A stretch of 64,000 bases of DNA, from contig BCKQ01000009.1 in NCBI GenBank assembly GCA_001600695.1, positions 109,331-173,330 on the forward strand. Reading direction: 5' to 3'. Under the pieces are notes generated by a model. That model worked only from the letters and a program-made list of their open reading frames with translations, was not told the DNA's origin and did no database searches. Numbering within the stretch: position 1 is the stretch's first letter; each line of letters opens with the position of its first letter. The position numbers and the translations under genes were made by a program. Shown piece by piece: positions 35,978 through 48,589 of the stretch. This stretch comes from Ascoidea asiatica JCM 7603 (taxonomy: Eukaryota > Fungi > Ascomycota).

Positions 35978-37877
35978 TTAATTTATAATTGTTTGATTTA
36001 ACTTGAAATATTTATATTCAAGCTTGACCAATTTTCTTGGAATGTTGAAAAATAATTTACTAGCTGCTCTTGATTAATTGTGATTTATTGATTAATTTGA
36101 TTGAAAAAACAATTGCATAACTGCTGAAAAAGTTTTTGGAGGTGCAACTAATCTCCAAGATTCAGGAAGGTATTTAGACTCAGGATTTCTGATATAATTC
36201 AAAACCTTTTTGGATCTGTTATAATGGCAAACGAAAATGTCTAATTTCCTCTTGTTTGCATTTGTCATAAATGAGTTGTATTCTTTAGCCGATAGCTTGA
36301 GTGGTGCAATTTTAAATCCAGCATTGATTTAATTTAAAAGTGCTTTGATTTGGTATGAAACAGGATAAAGGCAAGCTCCATTATTTAAAATAAAAGCTGT
36401 AATACCTTTTATCCAAATTTTAAAGACTTTTAAGTAATTAATAGTTGAAGCATAGTTAGATTCATGCTCATACGAGAAACCGTCAATCAATGATAATATT
36501 TGATAATGAAAACCACCCAGACTAAAAGGGATATTGATAGAATTATTATAATATTTGATGTTAGTTTATTTCATTGATAGTGGTTCTTCAATGTCATTTC
36601 TAGTCAGTTGAAGAATAACATCAATATTATCAGATTTATGTTTTGAATCATAAAATCTGTACAATCCATATCCATTAACAAAAACTAAAACACTATCTTC
36701 AATGTCATAATAGAACAGCAACCCAAAATGTTTACAATCCTTTGTAGATTTTGACAAGATTTCAATCATTTGATCATATTTATGGTTATCCTCTGATATG
36801 ATTAGTTAAATATTTTCGTCGCTTTTCAATTTATCCATTAAAGGCATAAATTCAAATTTGATTGCTTTGAGAATTAAGTTAGTTGATTCTAATTCAACTT
36901 CTACTACACCCTCAAGCATATGCATATCAACAAGTGTCTTGATATCACTCATTTCTTCAACAGTATATCCAATATTTAAAGGTTCCTTGTCTTTACAAAC
37001 CTTTTTGTTGAAATCTGGAGAAATCGGTGGCTCACAAAAGTGTAAAATATATGGAATCGCATCCTCTGAAATATCAATATTGTTAGTATCTTCCGCCTCA
37101 ATGGTATCAGCACTATTTTTATTAATAATTGAAATATACGGGCATAAAGTGAATCTTGCTTAATATCAGGAGGAGGAGGAAAAATAAGTTTTGGTTCAGG
37201 TTCAATTTCAGAATCAGAGGATGAAGCGTTATTATCTGAAGAAGTTGTGGACGTTGAAATATGTTTGATAAGAGATAATGCGGATAAAGAATTTGTTGTT
37301 GATCTTGAATTTTGCTTGTTAAGAAATAATGAAGATGTAGAATTTGATGTTGATGTTGAACTTTGTTGATCAGTGGTAGGTGATTTTTAAGTACTAGTTG
37401 TAGGAGAATTAGCTATAGTTGAAACATTATTAATTGAATTAATAAAATCTAGAGTAGTGGGTGTAATTTGTGTAAACGGTGATTTAGTTGAATTTGGTGA
37501 GTTAAATGATTTGGATGAATTATATGAATTAGATAAATTGGATGGATTAGATAAATTGGATGAATTAGATGATTTAGATGAGTTAGATGCATTAGGTAAA
37601 TTACTTGCGTTAGTTGAATTATTTAAATTAGTTAACATTTTTGTATTGGCTGCATTAGTTACATTAGTAGTATTAGTTGAATTAATTTTATTAGTTGAGT
37701 TAGCCAAGTTAGTTATATTAGTGAAATTAGTTGAGTTAGTTGAGTTAGTTGATATTTTTAACAATTATTGAATGATATTAATTTCTTTGGTGGTTTTAAT
37801 TGATTTTTGGATTGATTATTTAAATTGTTTTGTTTAGTTCGTTTTATTTTTTTGTGAAAATTTTGCAGTGGATGCAT
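35978..37877 (-). pseudogene. Long disrupted ORF of unknown family: S/T/N-rich N-terminus plus globular-looking C-terminal ~320-360 codons, one intact intron, multiple in-frame TAA
   Basis: Frame continues through TAA at 37765, 37387, 36806, 36566, 36329, 36092 and 36074. Intron 37139-37066 (GTATAT...TACTAAC 37088-37082...TTTCAG) joins two frames exactly. Candidate ATG at 37877 is out of frame. The 3' end is uncertain. Confidence 0.7.
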
Positions 37878-39544
37878 ATGTGGTAAATTTGAATTATATT
37901 GTTATGGAAATTGAATCACGGGATCTTTTGTTTTTTGGGGGTTGGAAAAGGGAGGTCTGAAAGATCATGTTAGGGGTTAATTATTGACAACTCATAAACG
38001 AGAGTCAAATGGTTTAAGTATGGAACTTAAACCTAAAGCAGGTTCTGCTACAATACTCGTATTCCAGGAAGAATTGTAATAACAATGGAATATAATATAA
38101 ATATAATAAAGACCAAGAATTGAATATGAATATGATTAGAAATATAAATTGTGATTGAAATTGTAGAGCTTGGGCTAATTGAAATTGAAGTTGGTTAATT
38201 TCAAAATTATTGAATAGTTGTAGGGTTTGAGTAATTCATTTCATATAAAAAATGTAATAAATTGTAATAATTGTAATAATTATAATAAATTGAATTGAAA
38301 TGAAAAAAATGCCGAAGGGTTTTATCTGATTAATAAGTAAATAATAAATATATAATTAAATTCATAATGATGATCATGATCATGATGAATTACATTTTAT
38401 TACGATAAATAAGTTTAATTCTCTTCAACAAAAAAAAAAAGAATGTTTATAATTATTAAATTATGTTTCCATGCTTGGAGTAATTAATGTTAAGTAAATA
38501 CAAGTAGGTTCATAGATTTACTCATTTCAATTACTTTAATTCTAAATTCAGATTGAAAGCACTTTTATATTTCATATTTCATAACATATATATTCCAATT
38601 ATGTTAAAGAAAGCCTTCTCAATTTAATTTTATCTTTATTATTATTTAATTTCAACCCTAAAGATTAAATAAACAGCCTAAAACGATTTTCAATCCATAT
38701 TTATTTCATTATTTTACTTTATCTAAATCTTTAGTATGGTATTATTCTGCATAATATAATTTTAAATAATTCAATTAATTTTTTTTTTTTTTTTTTGCTT
38801 ACTTTTATTCCTAATTCAGTACAATTTTAAACTAAAATTTACCAAAGTTTCAAGATATTTCAAGATATTTCAAGTTAATTTAATAATATTTAAAAAATTT
38901 GGTAAATTTCATATTATTTTTTATTATTTTTTATTATTATTTATTATTATTTAATATAAACTTTATAAAAATTGGCTTATTTAACCAAAACATGGATATA
39001 ATTAATAAATTTATTCAAATTTATTCATGGATTTAAACAATATGAACATTCCTTCTATACATAAAGATTTAAATTATTATACTACTTTATTCAAATCCTA
39101 GACACTATTACATTTATTCCAATCCATTTCAATTTATTTCAATTTATTTCAATTTATTTCAATTCATATTACATTCATCAAACATTTATTACATATTATA
39201 ATATCTTCATGTATAATAAATATGGTAATGTAATGGAAAATTTTGTGGTTTTGTTATTAATTTTGGTAATCTATTAATTTATTATTATTATTATTATTAT
39301 CATCATTATCTTTATCAATTAGGTTAATTAATAATCAAATTATCAATTTAATGTATCTATATGATTTAAAAATGATATAAAAATGATATGAAAATGGTAT
39401 AAATTCAACTCATTATCCATTAATTTTTATACTTCTTTCTCCATTAATTTATTACTCACTTACAATTAAAACCTTTTTACAATTCATTACTTTCTTAACT
39501 AATCACTTTATCACTTTCTCATTTATTTATATCATATTATCAAA

Positions 39545-40402
39545 ATGAAAAGAAGTTGCTCAAGATATATTTCAAAAATTATTAAAAAATTTAATTTAAA
39601 AGCAAAAATTCAAAAAGAAATTAGAAATAGAAATAATAAAAAAATTTTATTAAAAAAAATTTCAATTAATGGTAAACTTCAAAGATCTTTAACTCCTTCA
39701 ATATATTTAAAACCAACTTGGACTTTAGATAATGAAAGATTTTCTGAAAATTTTAATGAAAATTTATCAAATAAATTCCCAATAATTAAATCAAAATCTT
39801 TACCAAATATTCCTCAAATTCCTAAATCTATAACGATAAATGAAAATAATAAAAGAATGTCAAGAAATTCTTTACTTATAGATTTAGCTTTACAAGAATT
39901 TAAAAAAGATCATTCAGAATTAATTAATAATAGAAATTCAAGTTCATTCATTCCAGAAATAGTAGAAGAATATAATGAAGAATATCAAGAAAGTTTACCT
40001 TCAATACCTTCATCTCCAATATGTTCAATAATAACTCCTACTTTTGCTCCAAATTTACTTACAATAAGACAATCTGTTTGTTTAGATCTTGAAGATTTAA
40101 AAATTCCTGAAAGAAATCCATTAAGATTATCTTTATATGATAATAAAAATTTTATTCCAATAATTAATGAAGTTGATGAAGATATAATTCAAACTCAAAA
40201 AGAATCTCATAAAGAATTAAAAAAAAATAATTCTCCAATTAGAAATTTAAGTATAAAAATTTGTAATTCACCACCTTCAATTAATTTACCTGATTTACCA
40301 AGTTCTCCAACTGAATCAATTTCAAATATTCAAGCAAAATTAACAATGAAAATTATAAATGAAAAAGTAAGAAAAACAAGATCATATATGCTTATCAACT
40401 AA
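39545..40402 (+). CDS. Hypothetical Ser/Pro-rich protein, 285 aa
   Basis: Long ORF with typical codon usage and AAAATG context; IPERNPLRL motif; no recognised domain. Confidence 0.75.
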   Translation: MKRSCSRYISKIIKKFNLKAKIQKEIRNRNNKKILLKKISINGKLQRSLTPSIYLKPTWTLDNERFSENFNENLSNKFPIIKSKSLPNIPQIPKSITINENNKRMSRNSLLIDLALQEFKKDHSELINNRNSSSFIPEIVEEYNEEYQESLPSIPSSPICSIITPTFAPNLLTIRQSVCLDLEDLKIPERNPLRLSLYDNKNFIPIINEVDEDIIQTQKESHKELKKNNSPIRNLSIKICNSPPSINLPDLPSSPTESISNIQAKLTMKIINEKVRKTRSYMLIN

Positions 40403-40907
40403 TAAATTTATCCTACCTTAATTTTAAGTTCAACTCCTGATTTAGTTGTAAACTCATTCATTTTTAAATGTGTTTCCCATACTAAAAATTTTCACCTTCA
40501 GAAAAATAAATTAATTCTTCATGAAACATTTCATGAAGTTTATTGTAATCCTAACAATAAGTAATCTTAATTCACTTTCATAGTTTGAATGATAACTCAT
40601 AAATCTTATAATTTTATAATTCTAGTTTTATTGTTTTTTATAGTTATATATATAGATTACTTTCGTATTATATATTTTTATTCTTTTTTATTTTTTTTTA
40701 ATATTATAGATTCATTATTAATTATTATAGGTCTAAAAGACCAGAGCAGAAAAATCAAATTTTGAAAGTACAATAAATTTGGCAAATTCATCTTGATTGC
40801 AAAAAAGCTTTATTAAAAATGGGTTAGAAATTCAAATAAATTGTATCGAAAAGAAAAAAATAATATAAAACTACGTAATAGTTAGTTAGTTAAAAAAAAA
40901 AAGACAT

Positions 40908-43790
40908 TTATTGATACGGACGCATCCATTTCTTGATATCACCACCATAACTAGTTACCCAAATTCCACTTTCAGTGAATTCTATTCCACTTAATCTATT
41001 TAATTCACAATCTAAAATACTTATTGGTTGTATAGAAGGAATATCAGCTTTTGGAGAAAATGAATAAATAGTTGTTCCATCATCCGTTATAACTCCAACA
41101 TTTGAAGAATGAAAATCAGTTGAATTCATTGAAGGTATTCTAGAATTTTTATTTCCATTAGAAGAACCTAATAAAGCTTTATTTAAAGAAATAGTTTTTT
41201 TAACTTGATTCTTTTGAAGTTGTTGTTGAAGTTGCAAAATAGAACTACTACTTTCAGTTCTTTTATTTGTTAAACTACTTATACTTTGAGATTTTGGTCT
41301 ATTTACATTATGTCTACTATGAGTTGTAGAATTGATTGGATTGATTCTTTGAGTTGTATTTGAATTTGAATTTGAATTTTGTCCAGGATTAGTATTTGAA
41401 TGTGAAATAGAAGAATGATGACGATGACTACCTTGTTGATGATGATGATGACGTTTTTTAATTTTTGGTAAAGATTTAGGTGTAAAATCCCATAATAATA
41501 ATCTACCATCATCGCTTACAGAACCTAATCTATAAGTTGTTGGAGATTGTTTTGAAATAGGAGGACATTTTAAATAATCAAAACTTATTGAACGTATCCA
41601 AGAATGATGACCTTGTAATCTTGCAATTAATTTTATTTGAATTTGATTATTTTTTTGAATTGAAGATATATCTATATGATCTAAAGTCTTTTGATCTGAA
41701 ATTTTAATATCGGATTTATTATCAGATTCATTTTGTGATTGCAATAATTGCAGCTGTTGTTGTTGTTGTTGCTTTTGCTGTTTTTGTTGTAATAAAATAG
41801 ATGAAAAACTTATTTCATAAACATTAATTAAATCATCTTGACCACCAACCATTAAATATTTACCATCCGGAGACCAAGTTGAACAAATCTGACCACCAAA
41901 AAAAGAAGGTACAATATCAGTAATTGATTCATTTTTATAATTAAAAAGTCTTAAAAAACCATCATCAGAAGTAAAAGCAAAATAATCATCAGATAATAAT
42001 TTATTTTTAGAAACAGAAATTGAAGTTATTGGATTTTTAGAAACTTTATAATGAGAAACTGGATTAAAATCTTGAAAAGAAATATCTTTTGAAGATTTTA
42101 TAATTCTTAAATATTTTCTTTTCTTTTTTGAGCCACTATTGTTATTATTATTATTGAATGAATTTAGTTTATTATAATAATCTTCAATATCATCTTTTTC
42201 TCTATCAAAAATAATTATTGAACCATCAGCAAAAGCAACAATGAAATTTAAACCATTTCTAAACCATTTTATATCAATAATTTGATGAGAAGAAATTTTA
42301 CCATTTTTATTAAATCTTGAATATTTATTTATAAAAGGATCATACCAAACAATATCACCATTTGCAAAAGAAATTAAAATATCTAAATGATTTTCAATAT
42401 CATTATTTGAATTTTGAGAAATAATAATTTTTGTATATAAATATATAACTTTAGTTATAGTTGAAGGAAAAGTGAATCTAACTAATGGAATATCTTCTAA
42501 ATATTCTGAATCATTTATTACTAAATTATTATTATTATTATTATTATTTTCACTTTCATTACCACTACCACTACTATTATTATTATTGTTATTATTGCTG
42601 TTATTATTATCATTTGAATTATTTTGATTTTTTTTTTTAACTGAGAATAAATTAAAAACTCTACCATTACAAGCAATAATTAAAGAATCTGATTGAGATA
42701 ATTTTTTATTAAAATTATCAACAACAATTGTTCTTGACATAAAATTTGAAGAATTTCTAGTTACAGAAGTTTTTGGAGTTTTTCTTAAACTTGAAGCTAA
42801 AGAAGATTGTTGAAAATTCTTTTTATTATTTGACCAATTTACAGATAATTTTTTTGTATTCAAATTTGATATTGAAGAATTTAATGATTGTGATTGAGAT
42901 TGAGATAAATTTGAATTTGAATTTGAATTTGAATTTGAATTTGAGTTTGAGTTTGAATTAAAGTCCGAATTAGGATTGTTATTATTGTTGGCATTAGTAT
43001 TATTATTTGTATTTGTGATAGGATTTTGATTGACTAGAGTATTTAAGTTAATTATATTTAGGTTTGGATTATTAATTGAAGATAAATTAATATATTGAGT
43101 CATACAACCAGGAGTTAAATGAACATATTTAAAAGGATCAGGTAATAAAGGATTAAGATTTGCCCCAAAAGGTAAAGATTCTAATGGACTATTATTATTG
43201 TTATTATTATTGTTTGAAGAATTATTTGAAGAATTATTTGAATTTGAAGGATGATTGTTATTATTATTGTTATTATTATTGTTATTGTTATTAGAATTAG
43301 AATTATTTGATTGATTGTTCAAATCTTGAGTAGAATTATCTATATTGATATTTGAATTAGTATTTGAATTTGAATTATTATTGGAGTAATCATTATTTGA
43401 ATTATTTAAATAATCTCTATTAATAGTTAAAAATCCATTAATAAATTGTCTATTTTTTTCAAATTCAGAATTATTACCAGAAAATGAAATTAAATTATTT
43501 GAATTTTTTTCAATATTTGAATTTGGAATACCATATTTTAATTTATTTGGATCAAAAGTTTTTGGTAAAGAAATATAAGTATTTGGATCAGAAGGTAATA
43601 ATGGAGTTCTTGCAATAACTAAAGATAAAGTTTGTTTATAATAACCATCAATATTATCAAAATCTAAATCATTTGAAGGATTTGAATTACTTATAGCATT
43701 AAATTCAAGATAATTTATAGGACAAACACTTGCAGCTGGATTTATTGGTGGTGGTATGTAAACCTTGGGGGGTATGAACATAATACTCAT
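40908..43790 (-). CDS. WD40 protein, CreC/WDR20 deubiquitinase cofactor family
   Basis: SDDGFLRLF, SFFGGQICSTWSPDGKYLMVGGQDDLI, ARLQGHHSWIRSISFD, YRLGSVSDDGRLLLWDF. Confidence 0.85.
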   Translation of the reverse strand: MSIMFIPPKVYIPPPINPAASVCPINYLEFNAISNSNPSNDLDFDNIDGYYKQTLSLVIARTPLLPSDPNTYISLPKTFDPNKLKYGIPNSNIEKNSNNLISFSGNNSEFEKNRQFINGFLTINRDYLNNSNNDYSNNNSNSNTNSNINIDNSTQDLNNQSNNSNSNNNNNNNNNNNNNHPSNSNNSSNNSSNNNNNNNNSPLESLPFGANLNPLLPDPFKYVHLTPGCMTQYINLSSINNPNLNIINLNTLVNQNPITNTNNNTNANNNNNPNSDFNSNSNSNSNSNSNSNSNLSQSQSQSLNSSISNLNTKKLSVNWSNNKKNFQQSSLASSLRKTPKTSVTRNSSNFMSRTIVVDNFNKKLSQSDSLIIACNGRVFNLFSVKKKNQNNSNDNNNSNNNNNNNSSGSGNESENNNNNNNNLVINDSEYLEDIPLVRFTFPSTITKVIYLYTKIIISQNSNNDIENHLDILISFANGDIVWYDPFINKYSRFNKNGKISSHQIIDIKWFRNGLNFIVAFADGSIIIFDREKDDIEDYYNKLNSFNNNNNNSGSKKKRKYLRIIKSSKDISFQDFNPVSHYKVSKNPITSISVSKNKLLSDDYFAFTSDDGFLRLFNYKNESITDIVPSFFGGQICSTWSPDGKYLMVGGQDDLINVYEISFSSILLQQKQQKQQQQQQLQLLQSQNESDNKSDIKISDQKTLDHIDISSIQKNNQIQIKLIARLQGHHSWIRSISFDYLKCPPISKQSPTTYRLGSVSDDGRLLLWDFTPKSLPKIKKRHHHHQQGSHRHHSSISHSNTNPGQNSNSNSNTTQRINPINSTTHSRHNVNRPKSQSISSLTNKRTESSSSILQLQQQLQKNQVKKTISLNKALLGSSNGNKNSRIPSMNSTDFHSSNVGVITDDGTTIYSFSPKADIPSIQPISILDCELNRLSGIEFTESGIWVTSYGGDIKKWMRPYQ

Positions 43791-44488
43791 TTTGAAGATA
43801 GATTATATCAAAATACTTCTTAAGATGCTTGTCATTTCCTTTAAAGTAAGGTAATTGATAATAATCAATCAGATTAATAAAACCTTTTGGTTGATATAGA
43901 TACAGTATATGAAATTGTTTCAATGAGTTTTAAAAGCAGATAAAGACAGTTTATATTTAAGCTACTTTAATATTCCAGAGTATGGGGAATCGGGGAACTT
44001 AATCAATTATTCAATTGACTGACTGCACACGCAGCAACGACGAAGACAAAGACACAGCGAGACAAGCCACTGGAAAAAGTGGGTGAAAGTGGCAGACGTG
44101 GATAGTGTATGGCTAGTAAAAGTGGCACATTAATGGCTAATTAGTTACCTTGATTATGGACTCAACTAGAAGCACTTGCACTTGAGACCGTATTTGCGGT
44201 GGCTCTTATTTATAATTAATTACGTAATCGACAATATTTTATTTTTCTTTTGCTTTGAGCAGAGGAAGAATAAATAAATAAAGATGAATGAATGAATGAA
44301 TGAAAATAGAGACGAGATATTATTACAGAACTTACTGAAGGTGCTTGAAGAAGAGAAACTATCTTCCAAGAACAAGAACAGCAAATGAAGAGATAAACAT
44401 TGAATAATACTCAGAAAGATAGATCAATAGATAGATAGATGAGAGTGGTGTTTATTGGATTGCTTTAATTCTTTATATATTATCAGAA

Positions 44489-44993
44489 ATGAAGGTATGT
44501 GATGTTTATAACTCCTTAATTTTTACTTTCCTTTTTTAATAATCAAAATACTAATTATTAATTGATATTATAGATTTTAGTTCAAAGAGATAAATTTTTA
44601 TCTGATTTTGAAGTTTTGCAACATTTAAATGAGATTAAAATAGATAATCATTGGGATAATGATATTGCAAAAAAAAAATTTGAAGAAAAAAGAAAAAGAT
44701 ATACAAATTTACCAAATTTACAAGTAATTGTTAATGATTTATATGATTATTTTCAAAAAATTAATAATATTAATAATTTATCAATACAATCTTTTACAAA
44801 TATTTTAAATAAATTAAATCAATATCCTTTTGAAAAAATTGAAAAATTACAAATTATTAATAATTTACCAACAAATATTGTTTTATTATATTCAATAATT
44901 GAAGAATGTGATATAAGATTTGATGAAGATATTTGTAATTCAATTTTACAAGTTATTATAGATAATTTACCAGAACAACAACAACAACAATAA
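44489..44993 (+). CDS. RPC17: RNA polymerase III subunit C17; exon1 44489-44494, intron 44495-44573, exon2 44574-44993; 141 aa
   Basis: ATG AAG|GTATGT...TACTAAT...TAG|ATT TTA gives MKILVQRDKFLSDFEVLQHL; KIEKLQIINNLPTNIVLLYSIIEECDIRF HRDC-like motif. Confidence 0.9.
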
Positions 44994-45001
44994 CCAGAAC
45001 C

Positions 45002-46074
45002 TTAGGTTATTTTATTTTCATTTTTATTTTTATATATTGTATTTAATTCAATTAACATTGATTTTAAATAATTTACATTATTTAAATTTTTTTCAATTTT
45101 AAATTTTTCTTCTTGTAATTTTAATCTTTTTTTATAATTAAATTTTTTAAATAAATAATTTCCATTACCATTAAATTGTAAAAGATAATTATGAAATTTC
45201 CATAATGAATTTCTATGAGCAACTGATAAAACTGAAATTTTTAATTCTTTTAAACCATATTCATACATTTTATTTTCCATTTCTGGTGAAACTTGTGATG
45301 TACATTCATCTAAAACTGCAAATTTTGGACAATGATAATATAATCTTGCCATTGCTAATTTTTGTTGAGATCCTAATGATAATTCTTCTGACCAATTTCT
45401 AATTAAATCAAATTCATCTCTTTCAATTTCAATTTCCATTTTCATTTTCATTTCATTATTAATTTCACTCTTAACTTGACTCTTAACTTGACTCTTAACT
45501 TCACTATTAATTTCACTATTAATTTCACTCTTAATTTCACTCTTAATTTCACTCTTAATTTCATTTTTATTTGAAAATTCAAGAGATAAGTAATCATTAT
45601 CATTATCATCATCATTGATTGTTGAAATTGAAGAATTATCATCATAAAATTCATCATAACTATTTAAATTTCTTTTTAATTTTTTATAATTTTTATTTTT
45701 AACTAAATTATCTAATTCTAAAATTTTAATAATTTTCCATAAATTTTTTATAGTTTTTTTTCTTTCAATTAAATTTAAATTTTCTTTATTAAATTCTTCT
45801 AAAGTTTTTGGATAAATTATTTGTTCTTTTAAAGAAGTTTTACCTTTTAATAAATATGGTTTTTGTGGTAAATAAAAAATATTTGAATTTGGTATAATTA
45901 ATTCACCATTATTATAAGGCCATAAACCATTTAAAATTCTAAATAAAGAAGATTTACCAGAACCATTTGGACCAATAATTAATAAATTATCACCATAATT
46001 AATTTTAAAAGTTAAAGATTTAATTAAAATTTGACCTGTTGGAGTTGATAATGGAATTTTATTAAAAGAAATTA

Positions 46075-46109
<35 letters not shown>

Positions 46110-47644
46110 GAAAGTTTGTTATTATTATTATTAGTTAAATTTAATTCTGAAATTTTTAAATTATCTAAAGTATTTTTAAATTCAATAATTCTTTGAGAAT
46201 AACCATAAACTTCATCAATATATTTTTTTGAAGATAAAATTTGACCTAAAGAAACTGAGGCACTTAATAATAATCTTCTATTTCTTATAAAATCTTGAGA
46301 AATTAAATCTTGATTTATAATATTATTTAAATTTGAATTAAATATTGGAAATGAACATAATATTAAACCTAAAGCACCCCAAGTATATTTTATAATAAAA
46401 GTTTTTAATAAATCATAAATTGCGAATTTTTTAAAAGAAGATTTTAAAAATTGTTCAATTTTAAAATAAGATAAATCTAAATTATTTAATTCTTTTTTAT
46501 AACCTCTTAATAAAGCAATTTGTTCATTATTATTAATAATTTTTGAATGTAAAGTTTTAAAATTTGATTCAATTGAAGATTTAAATTTTATTAAATTTGA
46601 AAATTTTGGTGAAAAAATTTTAATTATAAAAGTTGAAAAATGTATAATTAAAGCTAAAAATAAAGTTAATTCAGGTTGAACATTTGAATTATTAATTAAT
46701 TGAGAAGAACAAAAAATTAAATTTAAAGAAGGATTAAATAATTTTATTGGTAATGAACTTAAAGTATTTGAAAAATTTGGTATATCATAACAAAATCTTT
46801 GATGAGGATCAATAATATTATTATCTAAATGAATAATTTTATAAAAATAATCCAAGTAATTTGAGTCATTATTTTTTTTTGAAGAAAAAAAAAGTAAAGA
46901 ATTATTTAAGTTGATTCTAATTAATTGAGATAAATAATTTGATAAGAATTGTAAAATTGAATTAATTAAAGATATTGGAATACCAATTAATAACCAAATA
47001 AATATTAATTTAAAAAATTTTTTAAAATTATTTGAAATTAAATTCATAACTAAATAACCATCTAATTTTGCAATTTTTAAATTTAAATAAATTTTTAAAA
47101 TTAATAAAAAAATTTGTAAAAATAAAATTTTAAAAATTTGAATTGAATTTTTAAAATTTGGTAAAATTAAATTAATTAATTTTTTAAAATTTATTAATTT
47201 TTCATTATTTGTGAAATTTTTAAGTAATTTAAAAATTAAATTTTTTAAAGTTTTAATATTTAAATTTTTTAAGTTTTTTATAGATAAGATTTTAATTAAT
47301 GAATTTATATTTAATTTTAATTTTCTCTTTTTAAGTTTTTGTTTTTGATTATGATTCTTTAAGGAATTTTCTGATAATAATTTTGAATTTGAAATTTGAT
47401 TTAAATTACTTATTGAATCGGAAGAAGATCGAGATGAAGAAGATTGTGATGAAGAAGAAGAAGAAGAAGTTTTATAAAATCTATTGAAATCAGAACCAGT
47501 TAAAGTTGATAATATTAATAATATATAACAAGATTTTAAAATTATATTTTTATTCTTGAAATAAAAATTTATTATTGAAAATCTTTTTTTATTTTGAATG
47601 AAAGATTTTGTAGAAATTGAAGATATTGAATATATTGAAGACAT
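45002..47644 (-). CDS. PXA2: Peroxisomal ABCD half-transporter for fatty acyl-CoA
   Basis: EAA-like NEQIALLRG, KYTWGALGLILCS, Walker A GPNGSGKSS, WSEELSLGSQQKLAMARLYYH, AVLDECTS. The NBD insertion favours Pxa2 over Pxa1. Confidence 0.82.
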
Positions 47645-47750
47645 GATTGAAATTTGGAATATGAAAGTAATGAATTAAAGAAATCTAATGGATTGATTTG
47701 AATGAATCAATAAAACACATAATTTATAATTGATGATTGATGAATGAATA

Positions 47751-47800
47751 GAAAGAAGAAAAGAAAGAAGAAAAGAAAGAAGAAAAGAAAGAAGAAAAGA
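47751..47800 (+). repeat. (GAAAGAAGAAAA)n tandem repeat upstream of PXA2
   Basis: About four 12-nt copies. Confidence 0.8.
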
Positions 47801-48589
47801 AGGTGAAATTGCTGATATTTATACATTTATAAAAAAATGAGAATTGAATCAAAGGAAGGTTTGTTCATTGGCAGCTGACAGGGCCGGCAATCGGCAAGAG
47901 ACTCGGACACGAAGAGAAGCAGTGAGTGCGCAGTGCGGAGAAGGCACGGGGTGCAGGGAGAAGCAGAAACACCGCTGACATGTGCAAATTTAAGACAGGG
48001 TGGCGTCAGCGACGGAGACGCGATTCGAGACGCAAGTTGAAACGCATTTTCAAGTTTTGCGTGTAGGACAGGCTTGTCCTGGATGTGTAATATTGGACAT
48101 CGTATCATATATTATAGGGCGCCTAGCTATGTTTGTTTGTGGCAGGGAATACAGCATAAATTATTTATTTTCAGTTTCAACATGTAAGTTACAAATTGAT
48201 ATTGAAGTTATACAGTATTTATTGCCAGAAGTCTACCAAAATGATGACAATGAAATTAAAGAGATTATGAATCAGCAGTCATTTCTATTATACAACTAGA
48301 CAAGCCTCATAACTGAAGCTTTCTTTGAATATCTAGACTTGAATATCTCTAGACATGAGCGACCTAAGCAAATTGACACTTTATCATTATCCAATTTGAA
48401 ATAACCAATTGGTTAAATCTTCCAAAAGTATTTTGCCTTTTCTAGAGTTTCCAATAAAGCATAAGTAATATCTTCTAAGCTTTGTTTCCCAAAATACTTC
48501 AGTAAACAGTCAATTCTCATAATTACTCAATATTTTGTTCATTTTTTATTTCTTAATGAACAATTTGAATATTAATTCTTTATCATTCT

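Noticed and set aside
37457-37771. Plus-strand LDELD/LVEL 'leucine-rich repeat-like' ORF
   Set aside because: It is the antisense of the S/T/N-rich part of the minus-strand disrupted ORF and has no ATG start.
35978-37877. Genome-wide TAA-to-sense code reassignment as the explanation for the in-frame stops
   Set aside because: Most intact genes in the window end in TAA at their expected C-termini and have no internal TAA.
38000-39500. Possible point centromere in the AT-rich desert
   Set aside because: No CDEI/CDEIII-like pair; AT richness alone is uninformative in this genome.
48241-48316. ATGATGA...CTGA resembling a box C/D snoRNA
   Set aside because: No terminal stem and no rRNA-complementary guide I can recognise; these motifs are frequent by chance here.
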